Of a DNA stretch of 64,000 bases, positions 22,424 through 32,101 are shown piece after piece; the first letter of the stretch is position 1; each line of letters opens with the position of its first letter. A program made the position numbers and the translations under genes. A model generated the notes under the pieces. That model did no database searches. It worked only from the letters and a program-made list of their open reading frames with translations, and was not told the DNA's origin. Source of the DNA: an uncultured delta proteobacterium. GTDB taxonomy: Bacteria > Myxococcota_A > Polyangia > Polyangiales > Polyangiaceae. The DNA lies in contig CAWKKR010000009.1 of NCBI GenBank assembly GCA_963850305.1, forward strand, positions 50,720 through 114,719, read 5' to 3'.

Positions 22424-23884
22424 CTACGCCACGTACCTCACGGGGAAGGACAGAAGGAAGCCGGCCCGGGAAGGGGCGGACGGCGGGTTTTCTGCGGGAA
22501 ATCCCGGGTTTCCCAACGTATCGAATCCCGTTGGGGACGCTGACAATGCCTTATTTGTGACTGAATTACGAGATGAAATAGCGCCCGGGGCGATTCGGGG
22601 CGATTCGTCCCCGACTAGGTCGGAGGGCAACGGAGGAAGCGGGGCGCCGATGCGGCGAGCCTCCACGCGCCCGCGGTCGATGTAGCCCTGCGTAGTCTTG
22701 AAATCGCTGTGCCCGCCTGCCCATTGGATCGCGATCGGTGCATCGCCTCTCACGGCCATGTGTGTCAGGCCCGTGTCGCGTAGATCGTGGAAGAGGATCG
22801 AGCGGCGCAGCGGGTCGCCCTCGATGTGGAGCGCTTTGCGTGTGACCCCCACGTGAACGAGATCCCGGCGGAGCTGCTCCGCGCGGTCCTCAGGCCGCGG
22901 CATATGAAGCAAGCGGCTCTTCTTCCCTGCGGGGTGCGCGACGAGATGCTCAAGTAGCGGACGAAGATGCGGCTCGACATCGATCACCCGTACGCGCTTG
23001 GTCTTCGTTGCCTTCGTCTTTGCTCGACCCTTGCTCTTGCGATCCGACTGCTTGTCGATGGTGATGGTGCCGTGTGCCAGATCGATATCGCTGGCCGTGA
23101 GCGCTTCGAGTTCCGACGCACGCGCCTTCGTGTAAGCGGCCATCGCGTAGCACTGGCGCCGATACAGCGGAACCGGGGGCGCGTCGGGGTCGACGGGAAT
23201 GCCCCGAAGCAAGGCGAGTAACTCATCGCTGTACAAGATCTGGCCTTCGCGCTCTTCGCCGCTATCGGGGCCACGCACATCCCGCCAAGGGTTGGCCGTG
23301 AGGACGCGAAGCGATGCATCCTTGGATCGCACGGCCTCGTCGAGAGCGTGCATCGCGTCGCCCCACACGTTCCTTGCGGTCGAGGGCGATAGCCTCCCTT
23401 CTCCGGGGCCTTTCTTGGCGAACTCTGCGACTGCTCGATCGAGTCGCGTAACGATTCGCTCCCCGTCCTCGATGGAGAGAGAGCCGTCACGCATCGTCTT
23501 CTGCTCGATGCCGGGAAGGATCCAGTTGCGGGCGCGCCCGCGCATGTCGCCCACGGTCGCGAGGCCCTTCGCCTCCTTCGCGGCGTGCAGACGAGCGAAC
23601 CACTTCCCAACCGTCTCGCCCTCGCCGCCGTTGTTCACGCTTGCCGCGCGAACCTTCGGCGCCATTCTCGCGGCGCACGCCTTCGCTCCGGCCTCGTCGT
23701 CGAGCGAGATGCGGCCCGGCAGCGGTAGCCACTCGGAGCGCGTTCCGTCGGCCCTTGTCCACCTGCCGTGCCATACCGGCTTGCCGTCCTCACCGTTCAG
23801 GATGCGGACGGTACCTGTTGCCGTGCGGCCCACGGCTACCACCCTCCTGGCGCGTGACGTATTGTTTCTCTCATCGGAACTCAA
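22424..23884 (-). CDS. Tyrosine integrase of element 2; ORF reads through the att core
   Basis: YTKARASEL, FHDLRDTG, AGHSDFKTTQGY catalytic motifs; SASPTGFD encoded across the att core. Confidence 0.92.
   Translation of the reverse strand: MSSDERNNTSRARRVVAVGRTATGTVRILNGEDGKPVWHGRWTRADGTRSEWLPLPGRISLDDEAGAKACAARMAPKVRAASVNNGGEGETVGKWFARLHAAKEAKGLATVGDMRGRARNWILPGIEQKTMRDGSLSIEDGERIVTRLDRAVAEFAKKGPGEGRLSPSTARNVWGDAMHALDEAVRSKDASLRVLTANPWRDVRGPDSGEEREGQILYSDELLALLRGIPVDPDAPPVPLYRRQCYAMAAYTKARASELEALTASDIDLAHGTITIDKQSDRKSKGRAKTKATKTKRVRVIDVEPHLRPLLEHLVAHPAGKKSRLLHMPRPEDRAEQLRRDLVHVGVTRKALHIEGDPLRRSILFHDLRDTGLTHMAVRGDAPIAIQWAGGHSDFKTTQGYIDRGRVEARRIGAPLPPLPSDLVGDESPRIAPGAISSRNSVTNKALSASPTGFDTLGNPGFPAENPPSAPSRAGFLLSFPVRYVA
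22521..22541 (+). repeat. att core, copy 2 (junction of elements 1 and 2)
   Basis: Identical to 15264-15284. Confidence 0.93.
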
Positions 23885-23907
23885 CTCCGGTCACGGCCCT
23901 CGGCGCG

Positions 23908-24558
23908 TTACGACCGCGCGCGGGGGCCTTCTAATTCGTCTGCAAGGCTACACCAGCGCGAAGCCGCCCGCACTCCGCGCCTCGCTGGACGCCAGCCCCG
24001 CGCCGCGGCGAGCTGCCGCCGGAAGACGACGAGCGTCAGCACGAAACCCGTGACGAAGCCGCCGATGTGCGCGGCCGTCGCGACATCGCCGCCAGTTCCC
24101 GTGACCGTGTGCCAGATGTTGAGCGCCGCGAAGGCCGCGACGAACCCGAGCAGGCGCGGGTAGAGCATCGCGGCGGCCGCCATGACGGCGAAGATCGATC
24201 CCGACGCGCCGACCTCGGGCACGAGGGATCCCGGATTCGCGAGCATGTGAAACGCAGCCGCGCCGACACCCCCGAGTGTGAACAGCACGACGAAGCGCAC
24301 GTGCCCGATGGAGCGCTCGACGAGCGCCCCGAAGAACGCCAAGGCGAGCACGTTGCCGCCCACGTGCCAGAGGTTGCTCGCGTCGTGGAGGAACAGCGAG
24401 CTGAACGCCGTGCCGAGGCTCGGGTGCTCCGGCACGAAGCCGAAACGCTGGCAGAGCCCCATGCCCTCGCCCCGGAGTTCGACAGCGAAAACCCCGAGGA
24501 TCGCGGCCGTGAGCGCGACGGTCACGACCGGGAGCGGGGCTCGGGCGTGGCGGTTCAT
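23908..24558 (-). CDS. Rhomboid family intramembrane serine protease
   Basis: SLFLH...WHVGGN, GASGSI, AHIGGF. Confidence 0.9.
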   Translation of the reverse strand: MNRHARAPLPVVTVALTAAILGVFAVELRGEGMGLCQRFGFVPEHPSLGTAFSSLFLHDASNLWHVGGNVLALAFFGALVERSIGHVRFVVLFTLGGVGAAAFHMLANPGSLVPEVGASGSIFAVMAAAAMLYPRLLGFVAAFAALNIWHTVTGTGGDVATAAHIGGFVTGFVLTLVVFRRQLAAARGWRPARRGVRAASRWCSLADELEGPRARS

Positions 24559-24606
24559 GGGCTTTCGGTCATACGTCGTCGGCCGAGCGTCCTTCCTTAG
24601 CCGGGC

Positions 24607-25611
24607 TCAGACGCTCCCCCGCGTGCCAGCGGAGTCCGGTGGCGGCGCCGTGGCCGGATATTGTCGGTCGTCGGCGGCTCGCGCCGCCGAATATCCGGCC
24701 ACGCGATCCTTGAGCTCCGCCAGCGAGTGCCCGGCGGCGAGATAGTCGTCTAGCCCCATGTTCGACGGCAGGACAGCGACGCGCACGTTCGCCCCAAGCT
24801 CCGTCAGAAACTCCCAGAGCTTGCGCTCCTGCTCGCGCACTTCGTCATTCGTGCTCGCGTCGCCGTCGAAGGCAATGACAACGTCTCGCCCTCCTACGCC
24901 GATGTAGTTCCACTCTTCACGGACGAACGAGATCATGCGGACACCTTGCACCGCCACACAGGCCCAGCCGAGCGAGACCGCCGCATCGGCCTTCCTGGGG
25001 CTTTCGCTCACGTACAAAGTGCAGTCGTGGTCGAGCACACGCGTGCGAGCGTACGGCGATACATCGACCACCGCGACTGCCCCGCGCTCGTTGCGGTAGC
25101 GATCTCGCCGTTTCCTGGGGTTGTCGACGCGAACCTGGGCCCAGATTTTATTGCCTTGTGGGTTCCAGATCGGGATCACGAGCCCATCGGGACCGGAGGC
25201 GTAACCGCGCATCCTTGCGACCTCCGGTGAGACTCCGCTCCGATGCAGCAGCGCACAGTGTTCGGGGCTCATGCGTCCGTAGGCGAAGACGTACGCCGGG
25301 ATCGGTTCACGAGCGAGATACTCCTGCAACGTTGTCCGTGGCACCCCCGCATGGCGAGCAGCTGCGCGCACGTTGCCGCGAGTTTCTTGCATGGCGACGA
25401 TGACGCTATCGCGATTGAGCCCGCGCCTAGGTCTGCCGCGCCTACGAGCCCGTTTCTTCTCCGGTGGCGCAGGCAGCTTCAGATCGCTGGGAGACGTGAT
25501 GCCGAGCAGGGTAGATAGTTCGTGCGGCCTCAGGCCGAGGCAGTGACGCAGCGCGCTCAGACACCGCCGGTGGTTTTCGATCCACCACGCTCGCAACTCG
25601 TCGTCGATCAC
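24607..25611 (-). CDS. HTH + DUF3854-like (TOPRIM/primase-like) protein
   Basis: GNVRAAARHAGVPRTTL HTH; ESPRKADA, RDVVIAFDGDASTN, GLDDYL. Confidence 0.78.
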   Translation of the reverse strand: MIDDELRAWWIENHRRCLSALRHCLGLRPHELSTLLGITSPSDLKLPAPPEKKRARRRGRPRRGLNRDSVIVAMQETRGNVRAAARHAGVPRTTLQEYLAREPIPAYVFAYGRMSPEHCALLHRSGVSPEVARMRGYASGPDGLVIPIWNPQGNKIWAQVRVDNPRKRRDRYRNERGAVAVVDVSPYARTRVLDHDCTLYVSESPRKADAAVSLGWACVAVQGVRMISFVREEWNYIGVGGRDVVIAFDGDASTNDEVREQERKLWEFLTELGANVRVAVLPSNMGLDDYLAAGHSLAELKDRVAGYSAARAADDRQYPATAPPPDSAGTRGSV

Positions 25612-26590
25612 CTGCTCTGCTTCCTTCGCTGGGTATCTGGCTCTAGCTCCGGCGTGATGGCGCCCGCTCGCGCCGCGCCGTCAAGCTCGGTGGAGAGCAT
25701 CTCGACGGCCGCGCAGGCGCGGTCGAGAGCGTGCGCGACGGTAGGTAGGGATCCAGCAGGGCGCTTCATCTGCATTCGATCTACCTACGTCGACTGCTGC
25801 GCGTTCCTTCCCTCCCGCGCGGCACGCCCTGGCGGTAAGCCTCCGCACCGCCCGCGACGCAGATCGACCCGGGTGGCGGAAACGACGGACCGCACGATCC
25901 CTGGTCCCGCGCGACGGCTTTCCGCGGCGCTACTTCACCGCCGGACCTTCCTCCGCACCTCCGCTGCCATCTTCGGCACTCCAAGATCGTTCGCGACGTA
26001 GGCCGCCATCGGCGGCACCGCGACCAAGACCCCGAACGATTCGGTGACGGTGGATCTCTCGACGCGGAAGCGGACGCTAGCCGTGAACGTCGAGCCATTC
26101 GTAGATCAACTCGTGACGTCACCAAGTAGTATCCGCGATCAACGCGGGCCAATCACCCCCACCCCCTCCGATCGGCCGAGTCCAAAGCCGTGGACTCCGC
26201 TCCATTTGACCGCCTCCTCACTTTGACCAAATGGAGCGCGCGGGACGCGATCCTCAGTTGATCAGCGCGATGGAACACGTCTACGCCGACAGGGAACTCG
26301 CGCGCCCGGGTCGCTTCTGTTCCGGCCGGCGCCGACCCGCGACCTCCTGCATCGTCACGGACGGCGCGTCTGTCGGAGGTGAGGAGCCGCGGCTCTTCTA
26401 TTACTGGCAACGGCAGCTCTTCGAGAACGCCGGCACAACGCTCGGAACGCCTCGAAGGGGACACCGAGCCGCGAGCGCGAGCTCGAAGCCAACGTCGGCG
26501 CAGCTCGAGGCCAAGCTCGCGAAGAAGGACGCGGTGAATCCGGGCGGTGATCTTTCGGGCGCCACCTCGTAGAGGCGCCCTCGAATGGCG

Positions 26591-26911
26591 CTATGCCTTC
26601 GGCGAGCGAGAGCGACGCCCAATCCGCCCGCGCTCAGCGGCGATCGGTTCAGCATGTGGGCGACCGGGGCGCCGCCCCACTCGCGAAGCAGGTGGTGCAA
26701 ACAGGTCGGAAACGCTCACATTGAAGGCTCTTGCGATTGTGACCACGCTTTCGATCGTCAAGTTACGGGCTCCGAGCTCTACAGCGCGGTAGTCGCGTAC
26801 ACCCCATCCAAGCCGCTCCGCCGCAGCCTGCTGCGTCCAGCCGTGCTCCCCTCGGAGCTCGACGAGGCGGAACCCAAGATCCGCGAGCACACGAGCAAGC
26901 GGCCGTTGCAC
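26591..26911 (-). CDS. XRE-family HTH regulator
   Basis: LRGEHGWTQQAAAERLG...VELGARNLTIESVVTIARAF; start uncertain. Confidence 0.82.
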   Translation of the reverse strand: MQRPLARVLADLGFRLVELRGEHGWTQQAAAERLGWGVRDYRAVELGARNLTIESVVTIARAFNVSVSDLFAPPASRVGRRPGRPHAEPIAAERGRIGRRSRSPKA

Positions 26912-27000
26912 GAGGCGGCACGTTCGCCTTGCCCCAGGCCACTAAAAAGGTGATCATGATCGCCTCGTCCGCGAGCCGAGGAGATCGGCTGGATTGGGGA

Positions 27001-28491
27001 ATGACCGCGACGGACCACGACGACAAAACGACCGAGCTGCTCGACCCCCTCGTCGCGCGGGCCCGCCAGCGCGTCGGCAGCGTGCTCAAAGAGAAGTGGC
27101 GCCTCGACGTCCTTCTCGGTGTCGGCGGCATGGCGGCCGTCTATGCAGCCACGCATCGCAACGGCAGTCGCGTGGCGATCAAGATCCTTCACCCGGAGCT
27201 GAGCGTCAGCGCCGATGTGCGCACGCGCTTCATGCGCGAGGGCTACGCGGCGAACGCCGTCGGTCACGACGGGGTCGTTCGCGTCTCTGACGACGATGTC
27301 GCCGAGGATGGGTCTGCGTTCCTCGTCATGGAACTCCTCGACGGCGAAACGCTCGAAGATCGCCGCCAACGTAACGGAGGCCGACTCAGCGAGGACGAAG
27401 TGCTCTCTGTCGCCGACCAACTCCTCGATGTGCTCGTGGCCGCGCACGCCAAGGGGATCATCCACCGAGACCTCAAGCCCGAGAACGTCTTCATTGCCCG
27501 CGATGGCCGCGTGAGGGTTCTCGATTTCGGAATCGCGCGCCTCAGGGAGATGTCCGGCGCGAGCCACGCGACGCGCACCGGCTTCTCGATGGGCACGCCC
27601 GCATACATGGCGCCCGAGCAAGCGCGGGCGCTTTGGAATGAAGTGGATGGGCGAACCGATCTGTGGTCGCTCGGTGCGACGCTGTTCTCGCTTCTTTCAG
27701 GCAGAGAAGTTCATTCCGGGCGCACCGCCAACGAGGTCCTCATCATGGCAGCGACGCAGCCCGCGCCGCCGCTCGCGTCGGTTTTACCGACGGTGAGCCC
27801 CGCAGTCGCGCGCGTCGTGGACAAGGCCGTCGCGTTCGAGCGCGAGCATAGGTGGCGAGATGCCGCGACGATGCAAGAAGCCGTGCGGTCCGCGTACCAC
27901 GATCGGCACGGCACGCCGTTCCCCACGGCTTCGCAGCTCACGGTTCCGCCGACGGTCGTGAATCGGACGTTGGCTTCGGCGGCGGTGAGCGCCGTGTCAC
28001 CCGGGGCACCGACAACGAACCGCGCGGTCGCGACTTCTCATATCGGTGCGTCGCTCGCGTCTCTTGCTGCGCGCTTCCCGAGCCTGAGCCCAATCGCCCT
28101 TGGCGTCGGTGGCGCTGTGATCGTCGCCGCGATTGTTGTTGGCGTAGTTCTCGTGTCAAGCGGAAGCAAAGCCCCGGCGTCACCGGCGGCGGCGACAACG
28201 ACGGTTGCCGCTAGACCCGAGCCATCGGTCCCGAGAATCGCCTCGAGCTCGCCCGCGACGGCAGCGGCTCCCGAACCGAATGCCGCGCCGACAATCGCGG
28301 TGACTGATTTGCCGACGGAGACGGCTCCGGCGGTAACAATCGTGAAGCCGGCACCAAAGCCTCGAGTCCTGGCCCCGGCGCCTCCGACTCCGACGGCGGC
28401 AGCCGCGAAGACGGCAAAACCCGACTGTAGCCCGCCGTATGTGCTCGACCCCGTGACTGGAACGAAAAAATGGAAGCCAGCATGTTTCTAG
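27001..28491 (+). CDS. Hanks-type Ser/Thr protein kinase with TM helix and Pro/Ala-rich tail
   Basis: LGVGGMAAVY, VAIK, HRDLKPEN, DFG, GTPAYMAPE. Confidence 0.96.
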   Translation: MTATDHDDKTTELLDPLVARARQRVGSVLKEKWRLDVLLGVGGMAAVYAATHRNGSRVAIKILHPELSVSADVRTRFMREGYAANAVGHDGVVRVSDDDVAEDGSAFLVMELLDGETLEDRRQRNGGRLSEDEVLSVADQLLDVLVAAHAKGIIHRDLKPENVFIARDGRVRVLDFGIARLREMSGASHATRTGFSMGTPAYMAPEQARALWNEVDGRTDLWSLGATLFSLLSGREVHSGRTANEVLIMAATQPAPPLASVLPTVSPAVARVVDKAVAFEREHRWRDAATMQEAVRSAYHDRHGTPFPTASQLTVPPTVVNRTLASAAVSAVSPGAPTTNRAVATSHIGASLASLAARFPSLSPIALGVGGAVIVAAIVVGVVLVSSGSKAPASPAAATTTVAARPEPSVPRIASSSPATAAAPEPNAAPTIAVTDLPTETAPAVTIVKPAPKPRVLAPAPPTPTAAAAKTAKPDCSPPYVLDPVTGTKKWKPACF

Positions 28492-29351
28492 CGGCGCGAA
28501 CCCGAACGGCGCTTCTCGCTGCGGCGACGATGATCGCGGCCAGATCCGGGGTCGCTGCCGAATCGGCGCCGACGAAGGCGGAATGCATCGCGGCGAGCGA
28601 ATCTGGCCAGGACCTTCGCCACGCGGGGAAGCTCAACGATGCCCGCACGCAGTTCGCGGTCTGCGTGGCGGCGAGCTGCCCGGGACCGATCCGCGATGAC
28701 TGCGCACAGCGCCGGAACGAGATCGCGAAGGCGATGCCTTCGGTCGTGTTCGAGGTGAAGGACGCGACCGGCAACGACGTGCCGGGCGTGGCGATTACGA
28801 TGGACGGGCAGTCCGTTGCGGGCGTCGGCACGGCTATCGAGCTCGACCCCGGGGAGCACAACTTCACCTTCGAGGCGCAGGGGCTCCCGAATATCGAAAA
28901 GCGACTCTTCATTGCCGAGGGCGTGAAGCAACGGCGCGAGGTCGTCATCATGTCCCGCGGTGAGACGGCGCAGCCCGTGAACACGGCCTCACCGACAACG
29001 GGCGAAGCGTCCGAGCGATCGGCCCCGCTGCCGACTCTGGCCTGGGTGGCGTTCGGAGTCGGTGGGGCGGGGTTGCTGCTCGGCATGACTGCCGGTCTGG
29101 TCGCCGGAGCGAAGCACTCCTCGCTTTCGAACGTCTGCAACGACACCGCCGGCACCTGCCCACCGACGTACAGCGACGACCTCGACTCGTTCCACACGTG
29201 GCGAACGGTTTCGACCGTTGGTTACGTTGTCGGCGTGCTCGGCGTCGCGGGCGGTACAGTCCTGTGGCTGACAGCGCCGAAGGCGGCGAGCACGATGACG
29301 GCGCGTGTGTGGCTCGGACCTGGGTCGGCAGGGATCGCGGGGAGGTTCTGA
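28482..29351 (+). CDS. Secreted PEGA-like kinase-associated protein
   Basis: Signal peptide, Cys-paired helical region, LDPGEHNFTFEA, C-terminal GIAGRF; overlaps the kinase stop. Confidence 0.72.
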   Translation: MFLAARTRTALLAAATMIAARSGVAAESAPTKAECIAASESGQDLRHAGKLNDARTQFAVCVAASCPGPIRDDCAQRRNEIAKAMPSVVFEVKDATGNDVPGVAITMDGQSVAGVGTAIELDPGEHNFTFEAQGLPNIEKRLFIAEGVKQRREVVIMSRGETAQPVNTASPTTGEASERSAPLPTLAWVAFGVGGAGLLLGMTAGLVAGAKHSSLSNVCNDTAGTCPPTYSDDLDSFHTWRTVSTVGYVVGVLGVAGGTVLWLTAPKAASTMTARVWLGPGSAGIAGRF

Positions 29352-29809
29352 TGCGCGCGTGGTTGCCCGTCGTGCTGACGGTGCCCTTCGCGCTCGCGGG
29401 CTGCCCGGCGGTGCTTAGCGACTGGACGATCAGCGGCAGCGACGCGGGTGATGCTTCGCCCGGCGCCTCACCGAATCCGGACGCCGGGGGAGGCGGCGCA
29501 GGGGGTGCCCTGGTCGATGCCGGGATGCCAGGCGCGTCAGGCGGCTCAGGATGTCCGACCGGCGCTGTTCGCTGCTCAGGGATCCAACCGCAGGCGTGCA
29601 TCAGCGACGTGTGGCTCGCCAATGGTTCGGCTTGTCCGGAGGCTTGCCTTAACGGCGCCTGCGCGACGCGGTCAGAAGGCGGTAGCTGCAACCCCGCGGT
29701 CTGTCCTGCGCCCGGCACCGGAACCGCTTGTTGCACTACTACCGACCAGTGCGGCACCGACTTCGGCCACGGCTGCGTACCGGCCGCGCAAATAGACGCC
29801 GGGGCCTGA
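29351..29809 (+). CDS. Cys-rich lipoprotein
   Basis: MRAWLPVVLTVPFALAGC lipobox; TGATG coupling with the upstream gene. Confidence 0.72.
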   Translation: MRAWLPVVLTVPFALAGCPAVLSDWTISGSDAGDASPGASPNPDAGGGGAGGALVDAGMPGASGGSGCPTGAVRCSGIQPQACISDVWLANGSACPEACLNGACATRSEGGSCNPAVCPAPGTGTACCTTTDQCGTDFGHGCVPAAQIDAGA

Positions 29810-29827
29810 ATTACTCGAGGGATATTG

Positions 29828-31114
29828 ATGCGCGCGTGGCTACCAATCGTTTTCATTCTATCGGCTGCGCTCACGGGGTGCCCGGCGCTGCTCAGCGATT
29901 GGACGGTCACCGGTGGCGGCGCGGGCGATGCCGGTCGTGATGTTGCCGGTGGCGGCGCGGGCGACGGTGGCGGCAGCGGCTCGTCGGGCTCGAGCTCGAC
30001 GGGCGGCGCTTCGAGCACAGGCGGAGATAGCGAAGTGGGCTCATCGTCGGGCGGCTCGACCAGCTCCGGTCCTTGCGCCGACGGCAAAACGACGACGGAC
30101 TGCACGAACCAGTGCAGTCTCGCAGGACCGGTCAAGTGCTGCTCTGGCATCGGCAAATGCGGCTGCACCTGGTCGCCGGGCGCGTACTGCACCGGCACAA
30201 CGGCGAGCGGTGGAACCGATGGCGGTGCGGCGCCTCCGAGCTGCAACGGCCTTCCCGCCACGTGCGGCCCTTCGGGGAACGAGTCGTGCTGCGCGAGCCT
30301 GCTGGTGACGGGTGGGACGTTCTATCGGAGCTACGACGGCGTCAGCTACACGAGCCAAGCGTACCCCGCGACGGTGAGCAATTTCTTGCTCGACCGGTAC
30401 GAAATCACCGTGGGGCGGTTCCGGAAGTTCGTGGCGGCGTATTCGCAGAGCATGATCGTGGCTGGTGCTGGCAAGAATCCGAACAATGCCAGCGATCCCG
30501 GCTGGGACACGACGTGGAACGCGAGCCTTCCGGCAAACGCGACAGCGCTCACGACGGTCATTCAATGCAACCCGACGTATCAGACGTGGACCGCGAGCGC
30601 GGGGTCGAACGAGGACCGGCCGATGAACTGCATCGACTGGTACGAGGCGAATGCGTTCTGCATCTGGGACGGCGGGAGGCTGCCGACGGAGGCGGAGTGG
30701 AACTACGCGGCGGCGGGAGGTACAGACCAGCGGGTGTACCCGTGGGGAGCCACGGCGCCGGACTGCACTTATGCGAACTACTATGGAGCCGCGGGCGGTA
30801 CGGATTTCTGCGTGTTGCCCGGGACGGGCTCGACGAACAACGTGGGCTCGGAATCTCCGAAGGGCGACGGCAAGTATGGGCAGGCGGACCTTGCCGGCAA
30901 CGTCTGGGAGTGGACGCTGGACTGGTTTGCGAATCCGTACTCGCAAACGTCCTGCACAAACTGTGCCGATACAACAGCAGCCACGTCCCGGATCCTCCGC
31001 GGCGGGAGCTTCTTCGACAGTGCGTCGTTCCTGCTCTCGTCGTACCGCGGCGACCTCGTCCCGACGTCCCGCAGCTACAACTTCGGTTCCCGGTGCGCCA
31101 GGAGTGCGCCGTAA
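29828..31114 (+). CDS. Lipoprotein with FGE-sulfatase (SUMF1/C-lectin fold) domain
   Basis: LDRYEITVGRF, RLPTEAEWNYAA, DLAGNVWEW, RGGSF..GSRCAR. Confidence 0.92.
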   Translation: MRAWLPIVFILSAALTGCPALLSDWTVTGGGAGDAGRDVAGGGAGDGGGSGSSGSSSTGGASSTGGDSEVGSSSGGSTSSGPCADGKTTTDCTNQCSLAGPVKCCSGIGKCGCTWSPGAYCTGTTASGGTDGGAAPPSCNGLPATCGPSGNESCCASLLVTGGTFYRSYDGVSYTSQAYPATVSNFLLDRYEITVGRFRKFVAAYSQSMIVAGAGKNPNNASDPGWDTTWNASLPANATALTTVIQCNPTYQTWTASAGSNEDRPMNCIDWYEANAFCIWDGGRLPTEAEWNYAAAGGTDQRVYPWGATAPDCTYANYYGAAGGTDFCVLPGTGSTNNVGSESPKGDGKYGQADLAGNVWEWTLDWFANPYSQTSCTNCADTTAATSRILRGGSFFDSASFLLSSYRGDLVPTSRSYNFGSRCARSAP

Positions 31115-31390
31115 AAATCGGTAGGAAGAGGACACGATGGCACCGAGTCGTACGCTGGCGACGTTCAGCGATGGGTCGGCCCGTCGCGATGATCGTGAAA
31201 GGATGAGCGACGCGGACAGAGTGACCGCCCTCTCGATCAGTCGCTACACGCTCTTGGAGACTGTGGCGTTCGCTTGAAGCTTCGCTCGCCCACGATCGGA
31301 CGTCGACGAATGGAACAACTTCGCGGACTTGCTCTGCGTCCGCGAGCGGGCGCGTCTTGCGCAACTTGCGCAACACGGAAAACGAGCTAA

Positions 31391-31780
31391 ATGCCGCCCC
31401 TTCCATGGCAGCCAAAGATCTGTCCCGCACCGTCATCGAAGGCGGTCGGCGCGCGAGTAATCAGATCGACCGGCGTGCTGCGCGTTCACTTGAAACCGAC
31501 CGAGCCGATCCCCGACGAGGTCCGCGCCGCGGTCCGCCACGCCGTGGGCGAGAGCCACCGGACGTGCGAAGGGTGCGGAGCTGCCGGACAACCGCGCCGG
31601 CTCCGCTGGCGTCGAACGCTCTGTGCCGATTGCGCGACGTTCGCAGAGGAGTTCGAGCGACGGCGCTTCGAGCGCACACCCGCTGACGAGGAGTGGCTGG
31701 CGCAGTTTCGAGACGAATCGGGGGGAATCCTCCACTTCGAGGACGCGCTGCGCCGGTGGCGCGCCGGGGAGAAACGATAA
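31391..31780 (+). CDS. Hypothetical protein with two CxxC pairs (phage-like); start uncertain
   Basis: ESHRTCEGCG...RTLCADC; stop abuts the next start. Confidence 0.55.
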   Translation: MPPLPWQPKICPAPSSKAVGARVIRSTGVLRVHLKPTEPIPDEVRAAVRHAVGESHRTCEGCGAAGQPRRLRWRRTLCADCATFAEEFERRRFERTPADEEWLAQFRDESGGILHFEDALRRWRAGEKR

Positions 31781-32101
31781 ATGGACCAGGTCAAGGTTAT
31801 TCGCGTCTGGCTCGACGACGTGCGCGACGCGCCCGACGGATGGACGCGCGTGTTCACCGCGCACGAGGCCATCTCCCTCCTCGAAGCGGGCGGCGTCGTT
31901 GAGATCAGCCTCGACCACGATCTCGGCGACGATGAGAGGCACGGGACCGGCTACACCGTTGCGTGCTGGATCGAGGAAGCGGTCGCGACACGGGGGTTCG
32001 AACCGCCGACGATCAAGATCCACTCGGCGAACAGCGTCGGGCGCGAACGAATGCAACGCGCGATCGAGAGCATCGAGCGGCTGAAGCGGCGGGAGCCATG
32101 A
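31781..32101 (+). CDS. Cyclic-phosphate-processing receiver-like domain protein
   Basis: VWLDDVRDAP..ISLDHDLG..TGY..IHSANSVG. Confidence 0.85.
   Translation: MDQVKVIRVWLDDVRDAPDGWTRVFTAHEAISLLEAGGVVEISLDHDLGDDERHGTGYTVACWIEEAVATRGFEPPTIKIHSANSVGRERMQRAIESIERLKRREP

Larger units (their letters stand above)
15285..22541. mobile_element. Integrative element 1 (serine recombinase) inserted at tRNA-Glu
   Basis: Bounded by the 21-bp tRNA-derived direct repeat; recombinase adjacent to the tRNA. Confidence 0.85.

Noticed and set aside
29828..31114. DGR target (C-lectin/FGE fold)
   Set aside because: No template repeat differing at adenines and no reverse transcriptase found in the window.
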